From an uncultured Pseudomonadota bacterium (GTDB lineage Bacteria; Pseudomonadota; Alphaproteobacteria; RF32; CAG-239), in assembly GCA_902763535.1 (NCBI GenBank), contig CACWSG010000001.1, positions 51,957-115,956 of the forward strand: a stretch of 64,000 nucleotides of DNA, read 5' to 3'. Below, one piece after another: positions 11,134 to 20,810 of this stretch. Positions within the stretch are counted from its first letter, which is position 1, and each line of letters begins with the position of its first letter. A model generated the notes under the pieces. It was not told where the DNA came from. It searched no databases and saw only the letters and a list, made by a program, of their open reading frames with translations. The position numbers and the translations under genes are program-made.

Positions 11134-12441
11134 ATGACAATGACCGCACGCACTTTGCAGGGTTTTATGGAACTTTTACCGCAGGAACAAATTGTATTCA
11201 ACCGCATAAAATCGGTCATTGCCCATACTTATGAGTTGTTTGGCTATGCTCCTTTAGATACTCCGGTACTGGAATTGGCTGAAGTTTTACTCTCCAAATC
11301 CGGTGGCGAAACCGAAAAACAAATCTATGAGTTTAAGAAAGGCGACACTGATTTAGCCATGCGTTTTGATTTGACCGTACCTTTGGCAAAATACACCGCA
11401 CTTTATGCCAATGATTTGACTTTTCCGTTCAAACGCTATCAAATCGGCAAAGTTTATCGCGGTGAACGCCCGCAAAAAGGTCGCTTCAGAGAGTTTTATC
11501 AATGTGATATTGATGTTATCGACCGTGACGAATTGGATATTGTCTATGATGCCGAACTACCTGCGGTGATTTACACTATTTTCAAAGAGTTAAATCTCCC
11601 ATCATTCAAAATTTACATCAATAATCGTAAACTTTTGAGCGGTTACTTAGAGGCGTTGAATATTGCTGACAAAACGGTTGATGTTTTGCGTTTGGTTGAC
11701 AAGATTAAAAAGATTCCCGAAGAGGTATTTTTGGGCGAACTAAAGGATTTAGGAATGCCGCAAGATAAAAACAGTCAACTGCTTAATTTTATAAAAATCA
11801 AAGGATTAAATAAAGAAATTATAGCAAAACTTGAAGATTTAAAGATTGAAAATCAGAATTTTGTTGATGGCTTAAGTGAGTTAAAAACAGTAATTGAAAA
11901 GGCTCAAGCTTTTGGTGTACCGGAACAAAATATCCAAATTGATTTGAGTATAACCCGCGGACTTGATTATTACACCGGCACGGTTTATGAAACATTTTTT
12001 GATGATTATCCGCAATTTGGTTCGGTTTGTTCGGGTGGAAGATATGACAACCTATCTTCGGTATTTTCCAACCAAAAATTACCCGGTGTCGGTATTTCCA
12101 TCGGACTTACTCGTCTGTTTGACCAGCTTAAGGACAACAATTTGTTGCAATTTCCTGCTCTTACTCCCAATAAAGCTTTGATAATCACTCAAGGAGCCGA
12201 ATTTGATGCTTTAGCCGCCCAAGTTGCCGCTCAACTGCGTCAAAATAATATTGCTGCTGATGTTATGCATCGCAGTTGCAAGTTTAAGAAAAAAATGGAA
12301 TATGCTAACAAAATCGGCGTTCCTTATTTGATTATCATCGGCGAAGAAGAAGCCCAAAGCCAACAATACACTATCAAAAATATGACCACCGGCGAGCAAA
12401 CCCGCCTGCTCCCTGCTGATTTGATAAAATTGTTGTCTTAA
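11134..12441 (+). CDS. hisS: Histidine--tRNA ligase
   Basis: Class II aaRS motifs (…RYQIGKVYRGERPQKGRFREFYQCDIDVI…, …GGRYDNL…) and C-terminal anticodon-binding domain. 435 aa. Confidence 0.92.
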   Translation: MTMTARTLQGFMELLPQEQIVFNRIKSVIAHTYELFGYAPLDTPVLELAEVLLSKSGGETEKQIYEFKKGDTDLAMRFDLTVPLAKYTALYANDLTFPFKRYQIGKVYRGERPQKGRFREFYQCDIDVIDRDELDIVYDAELPAVIYTIFKELNLPSFKIYINNRKLLSGYLEALNIADKTVDVLRLVDKIKKIPEEVFLGELKDLGMPQDKNSQLLNFIKIKGLNKEIIAKLEDLKIENQNFVDGLSELKTVIEKAQAFGVPEQNIQIDLSITRGLDYYTGTVYETFFDDYPQFGSVCSGGRYDNLSSVFSNQKLPGVGISIGLTRLFDQLKDNNLLQFPALTPNKALIITQGAEFDALAAQVAAQLRQNNIAADVMHRSCKFKKKMEYANKIGVPYLIIIGEEEAQSQQYTIKNMTTGEQTRLLPADLIKLLS

Positions 12442-12463
12442 AATCAATCTTTACCCAAAAGAA

Positions 12464-12503
12464 ACACCCCGCATCAAAAAAACATGATACGGGGCATTTT
12501 TTT
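12464..12503. terminator. Bidirectional Rho-independent terminator between convergent hisS and the autotransporter gene
   Basis: ccccgcatc-loop-gatacgggg hairpin, flanked by an A-run upstream and a T-run downstream. Confidence 0.6.
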
Positions 12504-12532
12504 GCGGAGACTTTTTATTTACCAAATACAAA

Positions 12533-14800
12533 TTAGAATTTGTACTTTAAATTCAACAAGCCGGTGTGATCACGATAATCATCACGGAACTTGCCTTCGT
12601 AACCAACAGACAATTCAACATTATCGTTGATTTCGGCGGTCAAACCTAATCCGGCTTCAACACCGAAACGCTCTAAAGCCTTGCCGACTATGGTGTAGCT
12701 TGAGCCGTTCGGCAACAAAACTGTTGAGTTAGTGGCATCATGTTTGATGTCATAGGTTAATGCTAATCTGGCCTCTGGTTTTAAGGTCATACCATTATCC
12801 AAATTCCAGTTTTTAGCAACATTTACCCCCATTACACCAGTTAAGATATCGCTCTTGTCGCCACCAACGTTTGCACCCAATGATGTGGTGTAAGCATCTT
12901 GGTCAACGTGAACATAACGCAATCCGGCTTCAGGAGTTACAGTTACATTGCCCATCAACATATTGTATCCGGTCATCATTTGTAAACCTAAAGTTTCGGC
13001 ATCATGTTTAGCTGTTGAAACCGGTGTTTTCTCGTCATAACGTGACCAGTTGTGGCTCAACATGCCGTTAACAAACCAATTTGACGGTTTGTATTCGCCA
13101 TAAGCAAATACACTGTGAGTATCAACATCGGTTTTACGCATAGTGCTCTTAACATCGCTGTTATTATAAGCATAACCTAAACCGACTTTGGTTTCATCGC
13201 TGACTTGTTTTTCAAAGCCCAAAGCCAATCCTGCGGTATCAGCTTTGAAACCATCATTATTGGCAGTCTTATCTAATTTAGCATGGTTAAATAAACCTTG
13301 TACCCAAGCGGCACCTTTTTCAAACAAGCTGTCACCTGATGACATACCTTGGTTAGCCGAAGCTAAAGTACCACCGCTTAAACGGCTGGCAATAGCTGAA
13401 AATACTTGAGCAACATTCTCGGTTGAAACAGAGACAACCATCGGAGCAGCCTCAGGAGACATAGCGGTTACCAAATCCAAAGCGGCTTTAACTTGAGCAT
13501 CATCACCTGATTGCAACATCTCGTTAATATTGTTGGCTACACTATCAAATGCAGCATTGCCGGTATCAGCACCGTCAATCACAGAAGAAATAGCTGCAGC
13601 TTGGTTAGCATCAGCACCGGTTGATTCGGATATTTCGGAAGAGCTTTTCTTTTCAATTGATAATGTTGTATTGTCATCGCTCAAAGATAAATTGTATAAG
13701 CTGTTGTCAACCACATTCCATTCGGCATCTTCCGCAGAAGCATCAACTGCATCGGCAAATTGGTGGCTGGAAGCTTCACCAGCGGCAATAGTTGCTTTCA
13801 AATCGGATTTTCCGGCTAAAGTAACTGTTCCGGCAACTTTGGCACTGCTGTCATAATTGAAAGCCAAAGCTGAACCATCTGCTAAAGTAACATCAGCAGT
13901 TAAGGTTTTATCTGCCAAATCTAAATTACCGCTGACATTGTTAGTACCTGTACCGGAAATCGTCATATCTTGGCTCAATGTGCCACCGGTCAAGTTCATA
14001 ACACTATTATTGGTAACACTTCCGGTTAAACCGGCTAAAGCTGAAGTTAATGTACCATTATTAGTAACCGCACCGGACAATGTGCCTTTGTTTTCAAAAG
14101 ATTTATCAGCATTAATCGTAACATCATTGGCAATTGTACCATTATTAACAATATTGGCATTGGCAATCAAAGCACCGGTACCTTCAACATTAACCCCCAA
14201 TGTAGTAGCACGGCTGATTTTTAAATCGCCGTTAGCAATGATTTTGCCATTTCCATTGATATCAAATGTGGCTTCACCTTCGGCTTGGGCCGGAGCCGAT
14301 AAACCGGCTATCAAACCTGCACCGGCAAATTCCAAATTACCGTTCACGGTCAAAGTCTTAGCCGGATTGTTAGCATATTCTTCTTCCGTATAATATGCGG
14401 CGATGGCAGATTTGTTAGCCAAAGTTGCATCACCAATCGTCAAATCATTCCCAATAATGATACCTTTATCATAAGCATCACTTTCAGTAGTTATTGCCAA
14501 ATTTACACCTGACAAATCAGAACCGGAATTTGTTTCGGTTAAAAAACCGTCAACCTCGAGATTTTTATTGCCAGCCATAACTATGGCATTATGCAAAGTC
14601 AATTGTCCCGTAACTTTAACATCATTTTCCAAGGCAACTTCTGATAAAGTTGTATAAACAGTGTCGTTTATCACCTTAACTGAGCCATCTTCGGTTTTGA
14701 GTTGCTCAGCATCAGTAATTATAGTATCGGCATTTGCTACCATAGCAAAACTCAAGGAAGCAGCCACCAAAGCTGTTGAAAATAAAAGTTTATTTTTCAT
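12533..14800 (-). CDS. Autotransporter (type Va) outer-membrane protein with repetitive passenger domain
   Basis: Signal peptide MKNKLLFSTALVAASLSFAMVANA. Gly/Thr/Asn-rich beta-helical repeats. C-terminal beta-barrel ending …LLNLKYKF. Confidence 0.8.
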   Translation of the reverse strand: MKNKLLFSTALVAASLSFAMVANADTIITDAEQLKTEDGSVKVINDTVYTTLSEVALENDVKVTGQLTLHNAIVMAGNKNLEVDGFLTETNSGSDLSGVNLAITTESDAYDKGIIIGNDLTIGDATLANKSAIAAYYTEEEYANNPAKTLTVNGNLEFAGAGLIAGLSAPAQAEGEATFDINGNGKIIANGDLKISRATTLGVNVEGTGALIANANIVNNGTIANDVTINADKSFENKGTLSGAVTNNGTLTSALAGLTGSVTNNSVMNLTGGTLSQDMTISGTGTNNVSGNLDLADKTLTADVTLADGSALAFNYDSSAKVAGTVTLAGKSDLKATIAAGEASSHQFADAVDASAEDAEWNVVDNSLYNLSLSDDNTTLSIEKKSSSEISESTGADANQAAAISSVIDGADTGNAAFDSVANNINEMLQSGDDAQVKAALDLVTAMSPEAAPMVVSVSTENVAQVFSAIASRLSGGTLASANQGMSSGDSLFEKGAAWVQGLFNHAKLDKTANNDGFKADTAGLALGFEKQVSDETKVGLGYAYNNSDVKSTMRKTDVDTHSVFAYGEYKPSNWFVNGMLSHNWSRYDEKTPVSTAKHDAETLGLQMMTGYNMLMGNVTVTPEAGLRYVHVDQDAYTTSLGANVGGDKSDILTGVMGVNVAKNWNLDNGMTLKPEARLALTYDIKHDATNSTVLLPNGSSYTIVGKALERFGVEAGLGLTAEINDNVELSVGYEGKFRDDYRDHTGLLNLKYKF

Positions 14801-14834
14801 ATCTTAACTATCCTTTTATTGTTATAACAAAAAT

Positions 14835-15100
14835 AAAACCACCTGTTTGAGGTGGCCGGAGAGTTAAGAAAGACATATATCACGAAGTGCCCCCTTAAGT
14901 CTTTAGGATATAAATACCCCTGAACATACACTCAAGGCTCCCCGACCTTTGCAGTCGGGAATATATTTGTCGCTTTATGTTTTTCAACAGCGACTAACGA
15001 CGATATATCTACCACCGCGTGATATAAAAGAGCTTCTTACGACTCCACACCTACCTCTAGGTGCTAAATCGAAAAAATATTTCTTCGATTCTGATGAGAA
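14835..15100. repeat. Copy A of a ~250-bp intergenic repeat family (hairpin plus ggagagtt…gctccccgacc…gtcggg core)
   Basis: Homologous to 46331-46600 over about 250 bp, sharing ccacct-N-aggtgg, ggagagtt, ctttag, gaacatac, gctccccgacc-ttg-gtcggg and agagctt…acgac…cacc blocks. Confidence 0.75.
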
Positions 15101-15276
15101 TCAAAACATTTTTTCATTTACAAGTCAAGTTAAATAAAATCAGCTTTTTAAAAGTTCATATTTTGTTCTTTTTAAGGTTGACATTTTAAATTCGTCTAAT
15201 ATACTATCCGCAAATTTTAAGAAAATCGCGAAGTGCAAACTTAAGTTCTTGTGAATAATTGAGGTTATTATTGTGT

Positions 15277-16068
15277 TTAGCCTATTTTAAAACCTCGCAG
15301 ATATTTCACATCATTAACCCATGGTGACATATCTTGAGGCAGTTCGTGTCCGGTTTCCATTGTAATTAGGGCATCATTTCGTGTAAAACTTAAGAGCTTT
15401 GCCAAATCATAATTACCTTCACCATAATGCCCATGCATATCATCAGTGCCTTGCCAATCACTGTCGCACAAATGATACATATCCGGATTTAAGTTAGCAT
15501 AATCTTGAATATCTTGCCACTTATCACGAGCAAGCGAATTAGAAGCGCATATACCATGACAAAAATCATAGCAAAACTTGCATCCTGTCGCATCTTTTAT
15601 TCGTGCAATCTCTTGCGGAGTTGTTCCTTGAAAATGCATTTTATCAATCGGACAATATTCGGGGAGATTTTCAACCGCTATCCTCTCATCAGCTATCAAC
15701 CTAAATTGGCGAATGGTTTCATCAACGCCATATTCTCTGTTGCCATAACCGACATGCAAAATAATTATATCACCATACAACAAATCAGCAAATCTTTGTG
15801 CAGAATCCAATAAGCGGCGATTGTTTTGATAAGCTTCAGGATTGCAGGTATTAACACCCTGCCCTTGGTGCGGAGCATGAATGACAACTTTCATCTGCCC
15901 TTTGACTAATTTCGCAACCTTATCTTTGGTATCTGCAAAACTCTCCGGCAAAGCCATAAGCTCCAAGAAATCAAAAATCCCATCTTTAATCAGCTCAACA
16001 CATTCACGAGCTAAATCCGGTTGTTTTATAAAATTTTGTGTAAAAAGCTTGGCTCCGAATTTTCGCAT
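15277..16068 (-). CDS. Sugar phosphate isomerase/epimerase (xylose-isomerase-like TIM barrel) family protein
   Basis: 264 aa from internal Met (MRKFGAKLF…). Conserved His/Asp/Glu-rich metal-binding pattern (HAPHQG, HVGYG, VENL, HLCDSD). Confidence 0.5.
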   Translation of the reverse strand: MRKFGAKLFTQNFIKQPDLARECVELIKDGIFDFLELMALPESFADTKDKVAKLVKGQMKVVIHAPHQGQGVNTCNPEAYQNNRRLLDSAQRFADLLYGDIIILHVGYGNREYGVDETIRQFRLIADERIAVENLPEYCPIDKMHFQGTTPQEIARIKDATGCKFCYDFCHGICASNSLARDKWQDIQDYANLNPDMYHLCDSDWQGTDDMHGHYGEGNYDLAKLLSFTRNDALITMETGHELPQDMSPWVNDVKYLRGFKIG

Positions 16069-16187
16069 TTTATTACCTCTGGTTATTATTCCATTACCTC
16101 GCCTGATGGTAGAATAAAAATAAGATAAATACAATAATTATTATTCCGGCAATCTTATCAAATTAACAATATCCAACAAAAAAGCCA

Positions 16188-16216
16188 CCTTAAAAAGGTG
16201 GCTTGTATTGATGATG
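16188..16216 (-). terminator. Rho-independent terminator downstream of the MORN-repeat gene
   Basis: Minus strand reads caagccaccttttt-aaggtggcttttttt. Confidence 0.65.
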
Positions 16217-16242
16217 CTAAGTAAGCAGTTTACGAGCTGAAA

Positions 16243-17667
16243 TTATTTAGATAAACCTAATATTTCTTTTGCCATAGCTATTTTCTTTTCAAGTTTGTTC
16301 ATCTTAGGCAAACTCTTCTTCACGCCGGTTTCAGCCTCAATTTGCTTTTCCTCATTAATGCGCCCAGTGGCGATTTTCTTTAATTTTTTATATTTTGCTG
16401 TGCAATCCTTATCCTCTTGCCAATACTTTATTTCTGCTATTGAGCCATCACTATTATACAATTTCTCAAAACCATGTTTTTTACCATCTTTATATTGCGT
16501 TTCACTCTCCAACCATAATTTTTCTTTATTATATTTTCTGCTCATTCCATGCAATTTACCATCTTTATATTCAGATTCTTCAACACATGTAGCACCTCTT
16601 TTAATTTCCCGATACAGACCATCTTTTTTGCCATCACGCAAGGTATATTTAAAAAAAGCATGTTTAGTTCTCTCAACGACATGACATACACCATCTTGCC
16701 AATGATAATCAATTGTCTCTCCTACCCTTATTCTTCTACGCAAATGTCCTGTCATCTTTCCATAATCCCATTTGGCAGAGAAATCATAATCATAATAATC
16801 AACCGCCCCTGTAAATTTACCGTCATACCAGGTTCCTACAACGGTGGGAGACATAATTCCTCCACCCAAAGAAAGACCAATATCATCAAAATCAAGATAG
16901 AATGTTCCTTTAATGTCAATCATTGGTATGGATATTTTATCTATTAAATCTTCACCTGTCTTAATTGCACACGGACTATAATTAAATACTAATTCATTCT
17001 TATATAACGGCATTCTATAATCACCTGTCAGCACACCTTTTTCAAACGATGCATGATATCCTAGTCTATCCGAATACTCCGTTAACTCACCATTTTTTAG
17101 TGTGCAAGTCCATTCTACTCCATTATTATAACTTGGGCCCCCATAAGTATCTCTCCACGATGTACTCTTTTCAATTTTATCAACTCTAACACCATTTTCA
17201 TAACTTGTTTGATGTCTTAATTTGTGTGTATGAATAAGTTCATTATGAATAGGTTCATTATGTCTACGGCTTTGAGGGCCTTCATCATCACCAAAAGCTT
17301 CATAAATGAATTCTTTTGTTCTAACGCTTTCACCATTTTTAATGGTTTCTGTTTCAACGCAGTCAACAAATGGGAAATCCCATTCGCTTCCTTTTTTACG
17401 TTTCAATTTGCCACTACTGTAGTCATATCTTCTTCGTGAGGTCTCCTCAGACTTTTCGCCGTCCTCATATATGATATACCCGTCCTTGGTTTTGACCTGC
17501 CCATTCCAAACTGCACCGTCTTTATACTCTAATTCATCGAGTATTTTATTCGAATTCTGCTTATATACAGTATAATTTCCCTGTTTTTTTCCTTGTTCAT
17601 CCACAAAATAAACAGCTTTTAACGAACGGTCAGGGTAATATTCTCTCTTTTCTTGCAACTCAGACAT
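16243..17667 (-). CDS. MORN-repeat protein
   Basis: Multiple YxDGxxxG units (YKDGAVWNG, YKDGKLHG, YKDGKKHG, YNSDGSIA). 474 aa. No signal peptide. Confidence 0.6.
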   Translation of the reverse strand: MSELQEKREYYPDRSLKAVYFVDEQGKKQGNYTVYKQNSNKILDELEYKDGAVWNGQVKTKDGYIIYEDGEKSEETSRRRYDYSSGKLKRKKGSEWDFPFVDCVETETIKNGESVRTKEFIYEAFGDDEGPQSRRHNEPIHNELIHTHKLRHQTSYENGVRVDKIEKSTSWRDTYGGPSYNNGVEWTCTLKNGELTEYSDRLGYHASFEKGVLTGDYRMPLYKNELVFNYSPCAIKTGEDLIDKISIPMIDIKGTFYLDFDDIGLSLGGGIMSPTVVGTWYDGKFTGAVDYYDYDFSAKWDYGKMTGHLRRRIRVGETIDYHWQDGVCHVVERTKHAFFKYTLRDGKKDGLYREIKRGATCVEESEYKDGKLHGMSRKYNKEKLWLESETQYKDGKKHGFEKLYNSDGSIAEIKYWQEDKDCTAKYKKLKKIATGRINEEKQIEAETGVKKSLPKMNKLEKKIAMAKEILGLSK

Positions 17668-18006
17668 GGCAAACTCCTTTCATTATTAGTTCCATTTTAC
17701 CCCCCCCGATTTTTGTCAAGTTTTTTTCGCAAAAAAATGAGAAAATTTTTATTATGAGCCGCCGGATTTTATCCGAGCGAAACAACAAAACCAGCTGAAA
17801 TTGTATAGTCGAGCTTGATCAACATTCCCAGCTCGACTACTCTGCGCCATAAATGGCTTGAGTTGCAACTGCGCTCGTTCGCGATACATCGCGAACCTGC
17901 ACACCCCGTGTGCCTCTCGCTTGTTGTCAAACTCGCTCCCCGCGAGTTCCAATTCTCTGACTATAATCAATAAAAAAATACCCTCATAAAGAGGGCATTT
18001 TTTTAT

Positions 18007-18082
18007 TGGTGATCCCAGCGAGACTCGAACTCGCGTTACCGCCGTGAGAGGGCGATGTCCTAGACCGCTAGACGATGGGACC
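18007..18082 (-). tRNA. tRNA-Glu (anticodon CTC)
   Basis: Reverse complement GGTCCCATCGTCTAGCGGTCTAGGACATCGCCCTCTCACGGCGGTAACGCGAGTTCGAGTCTCGCTGGGATCACCA. Anticodon loop CT-CTC-AC. A terminator hairpin (ccctc-ataaa-gaggg + T-run) follows immediately. Confidence 0.85.
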
Positions 18083-18194
18083 AATGTTTTATGTGCACAC
18101 TTATAAACATAAAAAAAATAACTTGCAAGCATTTTTTTCATAAAAAAACCTTATTTATGCTTTCAATCGCACAAATAAGGTTTTTTCTTCCAAC

Positions 18195-18821
18195 CTACTT
18201 TTGTTGGCGCAAGGCTTCCAAAAATTCCTGATAAGAGAAAGTCTTGATGGTCTCATCTTCCCAGAATGGTAATGAAGAGCCATACACTCCGGAAACTCCT
18301 TGGGTAAAGCGCTGAGATGTAACCACTAGTGCTACGGTCGGATAGTCCAAGCGTTTTTTCTCGTCTTTCATCACTGCCGTAACTTTATATACTTTTTTGT
18401 CGGACAGTGTTTTGAGGTAAAAGACGACGGTCTTGCCATCCTCACTTTCACCTTTAGAGACGAAGTAGGTCTCCCCTGTGAAGATGTCCTTGGTGCGAAA
18501 GGCATCATCAAACAAATCGTAACTAAGGCACGACTTGTTTGCTTTTTCATAAACTGTTTCGAACCAAGAACCTGCCCAAGCCAATCCATGTGTTATAATA
18601 TGGCTGGCATGATCTTTGTCGCCGATTGCCTCCTGCAGTTTTTTCAATGCTGTCGCAAATTTTTTGCAATCGCACTTGGCATCATGCAACTGGCGACCAC
18701 AAAACGGACACTTGTCATCATCAACCGAAAAGTTGAATGATGCGTTAAGCGGAAATCCGCCTTTTTTCTCTTTTCCGGTAAATCTGATGCACGGAAAAGA
18801 CATTTCTACATTTACTTTCAT
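18195..18821 (-). CDS. Hypothetical protein with N-terminal Cys-rich (zinc-ribbon-like) segment
   Basis: CPFCGRQLHDAKCDCKK motif. 208 aa. No recognisable family. Confidence 0.4.
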   Translation of the reverse strand: MKVNVEMSFPCIRFTGKEKKGGFPLNASFNFSVDDDKCPFCGRQLHDAKCDCKKFATALKKLQEAIGDKDHASHIITHGLAWAGSWFETVYEKANKSCLSYDLFDDAFRTKDIFTGETYFVSKGESEDGKTVVFYLKTLSDKKVYKVTAVMKDEKKRLDYPTVALVVTSQRFTQGVSGVYGSSLPFWEDETIKTFSYQEFLEALRQQK

Positions 18822-18997
18822 AATGATATTTTTTAAATTAATAATTTTATTTGTGCCGTATTATAAATAAAGTTGTCTTAAAGTCAACTTATTTTTGTCC
18901 AAAGTCCGGTTTTCTTATTGATTTTACTGGTTTTGTATTTTTCTCTTGCATTTTTCAACAAAATCATTTTTATATACCTGTGATAAGGAACATTCAA

Positions 18998-20152
18998 ATG
19001 CAGTTAATTGAAAACACTTCTGATTTAAAAAAATTATGTACAGAATTGGCTAAGAAGCCTTTTGTCTGTGTGGATTTGGAATTTTTACGCGAACATACTT
19101 ATTTTGCTCAACTCTGTCTTATACAAATTGCCAACCCTGATGTTGAAGCTATTGTTGACCCATTAGCTAAAGAACTTGACCTTCAGCCTTTTTTTGAACT
19201 TATGCAAAACCCCGAAGTAACCAAAGTTTTTCACTCCGGCAGGCAGGATATTGAGATTATCTATCAACAAGGACACTGCATACCTTCACCGCTTTTTGAC
19301 ACTCAGATTGCCGCTTCAGCTATGGGATATGGTGAATCTGTCAGTTACGAAAATTTGGTTAAATCTCTGCTTAATATCAACTTGGATAAAAGTTCCCGCC
19401 TTTCGGATTGGAGTAAACGCCCGCTTTCTCAAGAACAACTGCAATATGCTATTTGTGATGTAACACATTTGGCAAAAATGTATCCGCTTATTGTTGAAAA
19501 AATGCAAAACAAAGGACGATTACATTGGATTGATGATGAACTGCGTAACCTCAGCAGTCCTTTTCTTTATGATGTCAACCCTTACGAAATATGGACCAAA
19601 ATACGCCATCGCTCGCACAGTTCCAAGTTTTTAACCTTGTTGCGTGAATTAGCTTGTTGGCGTGAAAAGAGAGCCATGCTCAAAAACACTCCTCGCCAGT
19701 CTTTGATTAAAGATGATATTTTGCTGAATATATGCTCGGCCTGTCCGCTCAGCAAAGATGATCTCTCCGCTGTTCGCGGAATGAGAGCTGATTTAGCCAG
19801 AGGCAAAATCGGTGATGAAATTATTGAGGTTATTCAAAATGTTAAGACGATGGATAAAGATAATTATGTAACTGTTTATGAAGAAAGCAATTCTCTTAAT
19901 CCTGACAGCGCTTTGTTAGAAATTTTGCGCGTGGTTTTACACATTATTTCTGCTCAAAACAATACTTCGCCCAAACTCATTGCCTCTGATGATGAACTGA
20001 AACAATACTGTTCCGATCCAACTTGTGATGTGAAATTTATGCATGGATGGCGTTATGAGATTTTCGGAAATTTGGTTGAACAAGTAAAATCAGGCACCAC
20101 TGCCATCATCTATAACGCTGACAAACATTCTATTGATGTTAAAAAAATTTAA
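18998..20152 (+). CDS. rnd: Ribonuclease D
   Basis: 385 aa from internal Met (MQLIENTSDLKKLC…). DEDDy exonuclease motifs (VCVDLEF, FHSGRQDIEII, YAICDVTHL) and C-terminal HRDC-like region. Confidence 0.85.
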   Translation: MQLIENTSDLKKLCTELAKKPFVCVDLEFLREHTYFAQLCLIQIANPDVEAIVDPLAKELDLQPFFELMQNPEVTKVFHSGRQDIEIIYQQGHCIPSPLFDTQIAASAMGYGESVSYENLVKSLLNINLDKSSRLSDWSKRPLSQEQLQYAICDVTHLAKMYPLIVEKMQNKGRLHWIDDELRNLSSPFLYDVNPYEIWTKIRHRSHSSKFLTLLRELACWREKRAMLKNTPRQSLIKDDILLNICSACPLSKDDLSAVRGMRADLARGKIGDEIIEVIQNVKTMDKDNYVTVYEESNSLNPDSALLEILRVVLHIISAQNNTSPKLIASDDELKQYCSDPTCDVKFMHGWRYEIFGNLVEQVKSGTTAIIYNADKHSIDVKKI

Positions 20153-20439
20153 AATATTTTACTGAGCAACTCTATAATCTTCCGAGTTTTTTCATCTTTT
20201 AGCTGGTAATAAATTGTTTGCGCCGATCGTCTGGTTTTGACTACCTCATAATTGCGCAATATTGCCAAATGCTGCGATAAAGCCGACTGACTCAATTTTA
20301 TTTCTTTTTCAATTTGACCGACGCTCAATTCTTTATCGGCTATCAGGCACAAAACCTTTAAACGATTTTCATTGGCTATTGCCCGCAATTTTTGTGCTGC
20401 TGCACTGATTGTTTTAATTTTCACTGCCCTTCCCCTCAA
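20149..20439 (-). CDS. ArsR/SmtB-family transcriptional regulator
   Basis: Winged HTH LKVLCLIADKELSVGQIEKEIKLSQSALSQHLAILRNYEVV. 96 aa. Confidence 0.8.
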   Translation of the reverse strand: MRGRAVKIKTISAAAQKLRAIANENRLKVLCLIADKELSVGQIEKEIKLSQSALSQHLAILRNYEVVKTRRSAQTIYYQLKDEKTRKIIELLSKIF

Positions 20440-20564
20440 TTATCCGTCTTATTGCTTTTAATCTAATCAACGAATTGTTGTTTACCATCTATACTTAGGT
20501 ATTGCTAAAAACAAATTTATATTCTAACCTTGGCTCAATAACATTGTTATAGGAGTTATTCGTT

Positions 20565-20810
20565 ATGACTGAAGAAAATCTGGATCAACTGAGTTTTGAA
20601 GATGCTCTTGCTCAACTAGAAAAAATTGTTCAGGAATTGGAAAGCGGGCGCATAAAACTTGATGATGCGGTTGCCTCTTATGAAAAAGCCACTGCTTTGA
20701 AAAAATTATGTGAGGAAAAGCTCAAAACCGCCCAACTTAAAATTGAAAAAATTGAAATAACTGCCGATAATCAGGTAAGCTCTTCAGAATTTAGCGTTCC
20801 GGAGGAATAA
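20565..20810 (+). CDS. xseB: Exodeoxyribonuclease VII small subunit
   Basis: 81 aa with LSFEDALAQLEKIVQELESG…LDDAVASYEKATALKKLCEEKL, the XseB helical-hairpin signature. Stop abuts the ispA start. Confidence 0.88.
   Translation: MTEENLDQLSFEDALAQLEKIVQELESGRIKLDDAVASYEKATALKKLCEEKLKTAQLKIEKIEITADNQVSSSEFSVPEE

Noticed and set aside
13188-14393. Plus-strand ORFs (73, 108, 178 aa) inside the autotransporter gene
   Set aside because: Antisense to a long, well-supported gene. Ala/Pro/Leu-rich translation is typical of the reverse frame of Gly/Thr/Asn repeats.
14949-15137. 62-aa ORF in the autotransporter upstream region
   Set aside because: It lies entirely within repeat copy A. The equivalent stretch of copy B (46325..46582 ORF) is in a different frame and strand, so neither is conserved as coding.
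17700-17760. Possible sigma70 promoter (ttgaca…taaaat) upstream of the MORN gene on the minus strand
   Set aside because: The spacer is only ~14 nt and is composed of a G8 run. Too irregular to call.
17752-18141. 129-aa ORF on the minus strand
   Set aside because: It overlaps tRNA-Glu(CTC) and the palindrome-rich non-coding tract. Its composition is driven by the hairpins, with no RBS or homolog-like features.
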